The notes under the pieces were generated by a model that was not told the origin of the DNA, did no database searches, and worked only from the letters and a program-made list of their open reading frames with translations. A stretch of 64,000 bases of DNA from contig JAZNWU010000027.1 in assembly GCA_045593555.1 (NCBI GenBank), positions 8,234 to 72,233 of the forward strand. The letters are read 5' to 3'. Positions 37,797-45,587 of this stretch are shown here, piece after piece (position 1 is the first letter of the stretch; every line of letters begins with the position of its first letter). A program made the translations under genes and the position numbers. Origin of the DNA: Candidatus Fimenecus sp. Lineage in GTDB: Bacteria; Bacillota; Clostridia; Oscillospirales; Acutalibacteraceae.

Positions 37797-39992
37797 TTAA
37801 TCGTGGTTACGCTTGTTAAAACGTCTTTTACCACCGTCACGCTTTTTTGGTTCTTCATCGATATCATTTTCAGGAGTAAGTCCTTTAACTTCGATAAGAG
37901 CATCACGACGAGAAAGATTAAGTCTGCCCTGGTCATCAATTTCAAGTACCTTTACAAGCACTGTATCACCAACATTAACAACATCTTCAACCTTTTCTGT
38001 ACGTTTAACATCAAGACGGCTGATGTGAACAAGACCTTCTTTACCCGGAGCGATTTCAACAAATGCACCAAAGCTCATAAGACGAGTTACAACACCGTTA
38101 TAGATTGCACCGATTTCAGGGTCTTTTGCGATAAGTTCAACAATTGAAAGAGCACGTTTTGCATTGTCAAGGTCAATGCCTGAAATAAATACACGACCAT
38201 CTTCTTCAATGTCAATCTTAACATCACATTCAGCCTGAATCTTCTGGATAACCTTACCCTGCTTACCGATAACATCACCGATTTTCTCAGGATCAATCTT
38301 TGTTGAAAGCATCTTTGGAGCATACTTTGAAAGTTCTGCTCGAGGTTCGCTGATACATGGAAGCATAATTTCATCAAGGATGTAATTTCTTGCCTTGTGT
38401 GTCTTTGCAAATGCTTCTCTAATGATTTCAGGTGTAAGACCGTGTACCTTAAGGTCCATCTGGATAGCTGTGATACCGTTCTTTGTACCTGCTACCTTAA
38501 AGTCCATGTCGCCATAGAAGTCTTCAAGGCCCTGAATGTCAACCATTGTCATAAAGTCGCCATAAACGCCTTCATCACCTGTGATAAGACCACAAGAAAT
38601 ACCTGCTACAGGAGCCTTGATTGGAACACCTGCTGCCATAAGTGCAAGAGTTGAACCACAGATTGAACCCTGTGAAGTTGAACCGTTAGAAGAAAGAACT
38701 TCTGATACAACACGGATAGCATAAGGAAATTCATCAACTGATGGAAGAACAGGAACAAGAGCCTTTTCAGCAAGTGCACCGTGACCGATTTCTCTTCGAC
38801 CTGGTCCACGAGATGGCTTTGTTTCACCAACTGAATATGATGGGAAATTGTAGTGGTGGATATATCTCTTTTCAGTCTGTTCATCAAGACCGTCAAGAAG
38901 CTGTGCATCAGCCATAGGTCCGAGTGTTGCAATTGAAAGGACCTGAGTCTGTCCACGAGTAAACATACCTGAACCGTGAGCACGAGTAATCAAATCAACT
39001 TCAGCATTAAGAGGACGGATTTCGTCGATACCACGACCGTCAACACGCTTGTGTTCATCCTTAAGCCAAGCACGAACAACATGTTTCTGAACAAGATACA
39101 TAATTTCGTCAAGCTTTGCTTCGTTACCTTCAAATCTCTCATCAAATTTTTCGTGAACTGCTTCGTAAATTGGAAGAAGAGCTTCGTCACGAACAAGCTT
39201 ATCGTCTGTATCAAGAGCCTTCTTAACATCTTCAATGCAGAATTCTTCGATTTCTGCCATAATTTCAGGGTCCGGGTCAGATGATTCATAAGCGAACTTT
39301 GGCTTACCGACTTCTTCAACGATGCCCTGAATGAATTTAACTATTTTCTGGTTTTCTGCGTGACCTACCATAATAGCGTCAAACATTGTATCGTCATCGA
39401 TTTCGTTTGCACCTGCTTCAATCATAGCAACAAGGTCAGCAGTAGAAGCAACTGTCAGAACAAGGTCTGACTTTGCTCTTTCCTCAAGATTTGGGTTGAT
39501 AACGATTTTACCATCAACAAGACCAACGTTAACACCTGAAATTGGACCATCCCAAGGAATATCTGAAATTGCGATTGCTGCTGAAACACCAATCATAGCT
39601 GTGATTTCAGGTGAGCAATCAAGGTCAACTGACATTACAGTAGCAACTACTGAACAGTCATTTCTGAGGTCTTTTGGGAAAAGAGGACGGATAGGTCTAT
39701 CGATACAACGAGATGTAAGGATAGCCTTTTCACTTGCTCTGCCTTCTCTTCTCTGGAATGAACCAGGAATACGACCTACTGAATACATTTTTTCTTCATA
39801 ATCAACTGAAAGTGGGAAGAAGTCCACACCTTCTCTTGGTTTTGCAGAAGCTGTAACTGTACAAAGAACTTCTGTTTCACCATAACGAGCCATAACAGCT
39901 GCGTTAGCAAGACCAGCCATCTTGCCTGTTTCAAGAGTCAATTTTCTGCCTGCAAGTTCAGTTTCCCAAACTTTAAAATTCTTGAAAAACAT
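37797..39992 (-). CDS. pnp: Polyribonucleotide nucleotidyltransferase (PNPase)
   Basis: 731 aa. Two RNase PH domains, KH, S1 and a basic C-terminal tail. Classic rpsO-pnp arrangement. Confidence 0.97.
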   Translation of the reverse strand: MFFKNFKVWETELAGRKLTLETGKMAGLANAAVMARYGETEVLCTVTASAKPREGVDFFPLSVDYEEKMYSVGRIPGSFQRREGRASEKAILTSRCIDRPIRPLFPKDLRNDCSVVATVMSVDLDCSPEITAMIGVSAAIAISDIPWDGPISGVNVGLVDGKIVINPNLEERAKSDLVLTVASTADLVAMIEAGANEIDDDTMFDAIMVGHAENQKIVKFIQGIVEEVGKPKFAYESSDPDPEIMAEIEEFCIEDVKKALDTDDKLVRDEALLPIYEAVHEKFDERFEGNEAKLDEIMYLVQKHVVRAWLKDEHKRVDGRGIDEIRPLNAEVDLITRAHGSGMFTRGQTQVLSIATLGPMADAQLLDGLDEQTEKRYIHHYNFPSYSVGETKPSRGPGRREIGHGALAEKALVPVLPSVDEFPYAIRVVSEVLSSNGSTSQGSICGSTLALMAAGVPIKAPVAGISCGLITGDEGVYGDFMTMVDIQGLEDFYGDMDFKVAGTKNGITAIQMDLKVHGLTPEIIREAFAKTHKARNYILDEIMLPCISEPRAELSKYAPKMLSTKIDPEKIGDVIGKQGKVIQKIQAECDVKIDIEEDGRVFISGIDLDNAKRALSIVELIAKDPEIGAIYNGVVTRLMSFGAFVEIAPGKEGLVHISRLDVKRTEKVEDVVNVGDTVLVKVLEIDDQGRLNLSRRDALIEVKGLTPENDIDEEPKKRDGGKRRFNKRNHD

Positions 39993-40021
39993 AATTTTTA
40001 CCTTCCTTATTTTTATATTTC

Positions 40022-40109
40022 ACAAGGCAAAAATCTGTTTAGCAATAAATACAATCTTCAATTTCTTGAAAACTCTATTTACCGCTAAATGCGAGATTTT
40101 CTGCCTTGT
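40022..40109 (-). promoter_or_regulatory. Long stem-loop in the pnp 5' leader
   Basis: ACAAGGCAGAAAATCT pairs with AGATTTTTGCCTTGT, with one bulge, across ~55 nt. Sits between the rpsO terminator and the pnp RBS. Confidence 0.45.
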
Positions 40110-40134
40110 AATTAACTACCATTAAATGCAATTC

Positions 40135-40164
40135 AAGGCAGATAAGTTTTCACCTATCTGCCTT
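40135..40164 (-). terminator. rpsO terminator / rpsO-pnp intergenic hairpin
   Basis: 10-bp stem AAGGCAGATA/TATCTGCCTT, 12 nt after the rpsO stop. Confidence 0.6.
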
Positions 40165-40176
40165 AATTTGTTTTGA

Positions 40177-40446
40177 TTACTTACGAAGACCAAGTCTTGC
40201 AACGATTGAACGATATCTTTCGATATCCTTCTTCTGAAGATATGCGAGAAGATTTCTTCTACGACCAACCATCTTAAGAAGACCACGACGAGAGTGATGG
40301 TCCTTCTTGTTAACCTTAAGGTGCTCAGTTAAATCGTTAATTCTCTTTGTGAGAACAGCAATCTGAACCTCAGGAGAACCTGTGTCGCCTTCGTGAGCAG
40401 CGTATTCAGCCATAATAGCCTGCTTTTCTGCCTGTGTCATTGTCAT
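40177..40446 (-). CDS. rpsO: 30S ribosomal protein S15
   Basis: 89 aa. ...[40 protein letters not shown]. Confidence 0.97.
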   Translation of the reverse strand: MTMTQAEKQAIMAEYAAHEGDTGSPEVQIAVLTKRINDLTEHLKVNKKDHHSRRGLLKMVGRRRNLLAYLQKKDIERYRSIVARLGLRK

Positions 40447-40555
40447 TTCACCTCATTTTAATAGAATAAATTCAACTCAGATGCCCCAGATGAAAGTAGG
40501 TGAAAACACTCTACGAGTTTACTCAATCACCCGAGTGCACAGAGATAGCCTTGAT

Positions 40556-40584
40556 AGTATAACACAAGAGTTTCAAAAAATCAA
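40556..40584 (-). promoter_or_regulatory. SigmaA-type promoter candidate for rpsO-pnp
   Basis: Minus strand reads TTGATT, 17 nt, TATACT, giving a ~105-nt leader before rpsO. Confidence 0.45.
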
Positions 40585-40591
40585 GTGTTTT

Positions 40592-42697
40592 TTATCTTAA
40601 TATTATTCCGCTTTGTTGTGATGCAGTTACATCGGAATTGCGATTGAAATATGCATCATAAACTTCTCTTACATAATTGCCAAGACCTGATGAGTCCACA
40701 TTTTCAATAGCAATAACAACTGCGATTTGTGGATTATCGGCAGGAGCATAAGAAATCATAAAACCATTTGTGTATGCAACTGTTACGCCATTGACTTTTT
40801 TCTTTGCCTGTGCAGTACCTGTTTTTGTGGCAACCTTATATTCACAACCCTTAAAGGCTGCAAGAGAATTTGCCATTGAAATCATACCTGTTCTCACAGA
40901 TGCAAAGTTTTCAGCAGATGCATTTACTTTATTAAGTACAACTGGCTCTGCTTCATATATAGTTTCTGAATAATCATATGATTTTATACTCTTGATAAAA
41001 TGAGCCTTGTATCTTGTTCCGCCATTCGCAAGAGTTGCCACATATGAACAAAGCTGAATTGGTGTAAACAAGTTATCTGACTGACCGATTGCAGCCTGAA
41101 CGGTATTACCGGGATACCATATGCCACCTGCAGCCTCACGAGCCTCTTTACTTGCTGCCTGACCTTGTGCTTCTGTAAGTTCAACACCTGTCTTTTGTCC
41201 AAGACCAAACATTGTAAAATATTCATTCAATTTTGCAATACCAAGCTGTCTGCCCACTTCATAGAAATAAGTATTACAAGAATATGTTATTGCCCTTGTC
41301 AGATTCATATAACTATTACCGTGATTACCAACGCCGACACAGTTAAGTGGCAGGTCAGCAAAATAGTTATATTCAAGGTCACAGAAAAATGCATCTTCTG
41401 CTGTTACAATACCCTCTTCAAGACCTGCAAGTCCAACTGCAGGCTTTACAGTAGAACCCGGAGCATAAGTGCTTCGCAAAGCTCTGTTCCACAATGGTGC
41501 AGACTTATCAGTATTGAGTTCAACAATATTTTCCTTATATGTTTCAAGGTTGTATGTCGGATATGTTGCACAGGCAAGAACGGAAAAGTCACTTACATCC
41601 ATTACAACAATACTGCCTGCCGTATCGATGCCTGAATGTTCTTTTGTGCTATTAATTTTTGATGACAGAATCTCCTGTACCTGTTTCTGTAAAGGTGCGT
41701 TTATTGTAAGAATAACATTATTCCCGTTAACAGGCGCTGTTGTAACCTCTGTTGATTTACTTCCATCAGCGTTTGTAACTGTTGTAAGTATTCCGTTTGT
41801 ACCACGAAGTTCATCTTCCATGGCACTTTCTATACCGAATTTACCAAGTTTATCAGTCATTCCGTATGAACGAAGCTTAAGCAATGTTTTTTCTTCTTCT
41901 GTAAGAGTTTCATCATTGATAGCTTCTTTATATTCTTCATTTTTAGCAGAATATTCTTCCGCACTGATATAGTCATAATATCCGATTATATGTGGTGCAA
42001 TTTCACCATCATAATATTCTCGATTAGTATCCACACGGACTTCAATACCCTTATAAAATCTGCTTTGTTCTTTAATAAGGGCAACTATATCAGTAGAAAC
42101 ATCTTCTGCAATAGTATACGGATTATTCTTTGAAAAATCAGCTTTTGTCATTGCAACATATACAGTTGCAAGCATAACAGCATCTTCTTTTGAAAATTCC
42201 TGAAGGTCATAATATTCACATAAAGCATCAAAACAGTTTTTTGCAGTAGCATATGTGTTCAAATTCAGATAATCCTTTGCAAATAGCTTATTTTTTAATG
42301 ATGATATACCATCTGTATATTTTAACTGTCCATCTTCAATTACCATGAAATCAGCATAATTATATTCAATTCCATTTTCTTTGAAAAGTCTTAAAAGAGA
42401 TAGTAAAATCTCATTTCTTTCTTCTTGTTCTGAAGCTCTTGGAAAATAAGATGCATCAATATAAATTGCATTTGATTGTGTACTATACACAAGAGCCTGA
42501 CCACTTGAATCAAGAATCTCGCCTCTTATTGCCTGAATCTGTGTATTAGCAGAAGAATAATAAATATTCTGTGACGAATATTCGTCAGCATCTATAACCT
42601 GAATTCTGAAAAGGTCGGCAATAAAAAGTGATATAACAAACAAAACTGCAACTACAAATGCTGTTGCTCTCATTTTAAAACTGTATGCTTCTTTCAC
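40592..42697 (-). CDS. mrdA: Penicillin-binding protein 2 (elongation transpeptidase)
   Basis: 701 aa from GTG 42697 (AAAGGTGG RBS). N-terminal TM, SxxK as GSTVKP. Follows mreBCD. Confidence 0.85.
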   Translation of the reverse strand: MKEAYSFKMRATAFVVAVLFVISLFIADLFRIQVIDADEYSSQNIYYSSANTQIQAIRGEILDSSGQALVYSTQSNAIYIDASYFPRASEQEERNEILLSLLRLFKENGIEYNYADFMVIEDGQLKYTDGISSLKNKLFAKDYLNLNTYATAKNCFDALCEYYDLQEFSKEDAVMLATVYVAMTKADFSKNNPYTIAEDVSTDIVALIKEQSRFYKGIEVRVDTNREYYDGEIAPHIIGYYDYISAEEYSAKNEEYKEAINDETLTEEEKTLLKLRSYGMTDKLGKFGIESAMEDELRGTNGILTTVTNADGSKSTEVTTAPVNGNNVILTINAPLQKQVQEILSSKINSTKEHSGIDTAGSIVVMDVSDFSVLACATYPTYNLETYKENIVELNTDKSAPLWNRALRSTYAPGSTVKPAVGLAGLEEGIVTAEDAFFCDLEYNYFADLPLNCVGVGNHGNSYMNLTRAITYSCNTYFYEVGRQLGIAKLNEYFTMFGLGQKTGVELTEAQGQAASKEAREAAGGIWYPGNTVQAAIGQSDNLFTPIQLCSYVATLANGGTRYKAHFIKSIKSYDYSETIYEAEPVVLNKVNASAENFASVRTGMISMANSLAAFKGCEYKVATKTGTAQAKKKVNGVTVAYTNGFMISYAPADNPQIAVVIAIENVDSSGLGNYVREVYDAYFNRNSDVTASQQSGIILR

Positions 42698-42729
42698 CTT
42701 ATCGCCACCTTTCTTGATTTTTATTTTAA

Positions 42730-43257
42730 TTAATATTCTGTATAGTCAAAAGAGAATTTTCTGTAAATTGTTCTTATGAGATAATACCATATCGGAGTCA
42801 GTATAAATGAATACAGCCCCATAGGAAGATAATACCTTAAAAATATCTGTCCTGCACCGTCAACACCTCTTGCTGAAATGAAAAACAATACATATGTGAC
42901 AAGATAAACAAACATAATACCGGAGCACACTATAAAATAAGTGACGATATTATTGCGTAAGAAAATTCGCAACAACACACCACAAATGGCACATGCTACC
43001 GTAAGATAAAGTGCAACATATCCGTCTGCAGTAACGGTTACCGTATCCCACAGAATTCCGGCTAAAAGTCCTGCAACAGCACCAATAATCTCACCTTCAA
43101 ACATAGCAATACAAACTGCAACAGGGATAATCAAAAGAGGCCTCACCTGTGCAATTTCAGGAAAAATCGGAACTGTATTCTGCAGAATATGTGCCAGAAA
43201 AATTATTAAAGCATACACAAGGTATCGCTTTGTTTTTATTTTAGTCTGAACAGTCAT
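42730..43257 (-). CDS. mreD: Rod shape-determining protein MreD
   Basis: 175 aa, polytopic. Position after mreC. Confidence 0.75.
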   Translation of the reverse strand: MTVQTKIKTKRYLVYALIIFLAHILQNTVPIFPEIAQVRPLLIIPVAVCIAMFEGEIIGAVAGLLAGILWDTVTVTADGYVALYLTVACAICGVLLRIFLRNNIVTYFIVCSGIMFVYLVTYVLFFISARGVDGAGQIFLRYYLPMGLYSFILTPIWYYLIRTIYRKFSFDYTEY

Positions 43258-43263
43258 AATCTT

Positions 43264-44100
43264 TTATTTTTCCTCGTAAGCAGTAATTATAAAGCAATCG
43301 TGAATTTCCTTTGAGTTAACAACCGGTTCAATAACAGCATATGATGACAGGTCCGTTTCACTTTGCTGAACAGAAGAAACCGTACCAATTATCAAATCTT
43401 TCGGAAAAATTCCGCCCGTACCTGATGTGCAAACAATTCCACCTTCTGAAATTGCAGTTTTCGTATCAAGTCCTGTGAGTTTACACTTTTCATCAACAGA
43501 CAATTCATAAGTAGCAGAAACATACCCTAACTCACCTGTTCTGATTTCATAAGCAGCAATATTTACAGACGGGTCAAAAACCGAACGAACAACACAAGAT
43601 GTTGCACTTACCTCAGTAACTACACCGATAAGATATTCACCTGAAATTACAGCATCATTTACCTTAACATCATCTGCACTTCCTCTGTCAAGTGTAAATG
43701 AACCAAATATATCTGCTGCATCTCTGCCGATAACTGTCGCATAAGTCCATGTGTAATCAGGATGCTTTTCTCTGACATCAAGAAATTCTTCATAAGATTC
43801 AAGCTTCTTTTTTGTATTTTCATAATCAACTAACTGACTTTGATAATCAGCAACCTGCTGTTCAAGCTCTGCAACTCTTTCCTGATATGATTTTGATGAA
43901 ATGAATCCACCTGAAAAATCATCAAATTTTGCAGATAAAGCAGAAGCAGCATCTTGTAAAGGTGTTGTTATTATACCAACAACATTCGTGAGTGGTGAAG
44001 TTGAACTTGACACAACAGTAGCCAGAACCGTTGCACTTAAAAGAATTACTGCAACAGTTATCAAAACCTTGAATGTTGTACTTTTAAAGAAATTGTTCAT
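43264..44100 (-). CDS. mreC: Rod shape-determining protein MreC
   Basis: 278 aa. N-terminal TM, coiled-coil (ELEQQVADYQSQLVDYEN), beta-barrel C-domain. Confidence 0.85.
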   Translation of the reverse strand: MNNFFKSTTFKVLITVAVILLSATVLATVVSSSTSPLTNVVGIITTPLQDAASALSAKFDDFSGGFISSKSYQERVAELEQQVADYQSQLVDYENTKKKLESYEEFLDVREKHPDYTWTYATVIGRDAADIFGSFTLDRGSADDVKVNDAVISGEYLIGVVTEVSATSCVVRSVFDPSVNIAAYEIRTGELGYVSATYELSVDEKCKLTGLDTKTAISEGGIVCTSGTGGIFPKDLIIGTVSSVQQSETDLSSYAVIEPVVNSKEIHDCFIITAYEEK

Positions 44101-44118
44101 TTAAATCTCTCCGAAAAA

Positions 44119-45108
44119 TTAAATGTTACCCTTTTCGAGGCACACACCCATACCTGTTGCAACACAATCCATTGGATAAGGCGCTATATGAACAGGAATC
44201 TTTGTTTCTTGTTCAATGAGCTTGTCCAACTCACGAAGTAATGCACCGCCACCTGTGAGCATAATTCCGTTGTCAACAATATCTGACAAGAGTTCCGGTG
44301 GTGTCTTTTCAAGAGTAGAACGAATAGCGTCAATAATCTGTGAAACAGGTTCAGAAATAGCTTCACGAACATCCTCTGATGTAACTTCGATATTCTTTGG
44401 CAAACCATCAACAAGATTTCTGCCACGAACATCCATAGCACCTTCGCCATCATAACTCATTGCAGAACCAATTTTAATTTTAAGTTCTTCAGCAGTTCTT
44501 TCGCCGATAAGAACATTATGCTTTTTACGTATGTATTCGATAATTGCCTCGTCGAAATCATCACCTGCAATACGGCTTGACTTTGCAGTAACAATGTCAC
44601 GATATGAAATAACTGCTACTTCAGTTGTACCGCCACCGATATCAACAATCATACTTCCCACAGCTTCAGTTACAGGAAGTCCCACACCAATAGCAGCTGC
44701 TAAAGGCTTGTGAATAAGAGAAGCATATTTTGCACCTGCATCTCTTGCTGCATCATGAACTGCCTTACGTTCAACCTCTGTAATACCAGATGGAACACAA
44801 ATGAGAACTCTTGCTCTGACAAAAGGAGTTTTGTTGATTACCTTTTTAATAAACTCCTTAAGCATATCTGATGTGATTTCAGAATTGATAATAACACCAT
44901 CTTTTAATGGTTTTACAGCAGAAATAGAACCGGGTGTCCTGCCTATCATATCCTTTGCCTCATTACCAACTGCAACAACTGTTGGTGGATTTGCTTTTTC
45001 ATTAACTGCAACAACAGATGGCTCACGAAGAACAATGCCTTTTCCTTTAAGATAAACAATTGTGTTTGCAGTACCCAAATCAATACCGATATCCTGTGCA
45101 AATAGCAT
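44119..45108 (-). CDS. mreB: Rod shape-determining actin homologue MreB
   Basis: 329 aa. IGIDLGTANT, DIGGGTTEVA, LTGGGALL. Confidence 0.95.
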   Translation of the reverse strand: MLFAQDIGIDLGTANTIVYLKGKGIVLREPSVVAVNEKANPPTVVAVGNEAKDMIGRTPGSISAVKPLKDGVIINSEITSDMLKEFIKKVINKTPFVRARVLICVPSGITEVERKAVHDAARDAGAKYASLIHKPLAAAIGVGLPVTEAVGSMIVDIGGGTTEVAVISYRDIVTAKSSRIAGDDFDEAIIEYIRKKHNVLIGERTAEELKIKIGSAMSYDGEGAMDVRGRNLVDGLPKNIEVTSEDVREAISEPVSQIIDAIRSTLEKTPPELLSDIVDNGIMLTGGGALLRELDKLIEQETKIPVHIAPYPMDCVATGMGVCLEKGNI

Positions 45109-45227
45109 TTCAACATCTCCCCAAATACAAATATATAATATGAAATTAAAATCAAATATAATCTATTTTATTATAACAAAAAAGTGGATACTATACAATA
45201 CCCACAGAAAAAATTTACACTATATTC

Positions 45228-45268
45228 AAAGAAAAAAGAAAGCGCCCATCCTATTGGACAGACGCTTT
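45228..45268 (-). terminator. Intrinsic terminator of the 5S rRNA gene
   Basis: ~13-bp stem (AAAGCGUCUGUCC / GGAUGGGCGCUUU, with G-U pairs), AAUA loop, then UUCUUUUUUC. Lies 7 nt after the 5S 3' end. Confidence 0.7.
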
Positions 45269-45275
45269 TTCTTAT

Positions 45276-45390
<115 letters not shown>

Positions 45391-45424
45391 TCACGAAACA
45401 CTTTATCTCGTGAACGCAAGAGAT

Positions 45425-45453
45425 ATTCTAACAGAACAGTCAACAAAATGCAA
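45425..45453 (-). promoter_or_regulatory. SigmaA-type promoter candidate for the orphan 5S gene
   Basis: Minus strand reads TTGCAT, 17 nt, TAGAAT, about 30 nt upstream of the mature 5' end. Confidence 0.4.
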
Positions 45454-45550
45454 GTGTTTTTTTCATATTTTTTCATTTTTTACATTTTGAACAAATATAA
45501 AGCTTAAATTTTACTCTAAAAAGTCAATTTAGCACAATATTTATAGTAAA

Positions 45551-45572
45551 AGCAGGACAAAACTGCCCTGCT
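45551..45572 (-). terminator. Terminator hairpin after the 804-aa gene
   Basis: AGCAGGAC/GCCCTGCT stem with one mismatch. The T-run is short. Confidence 0.45.
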
Positions 45573-45587
45573 TTTCTAAAAAACTCA

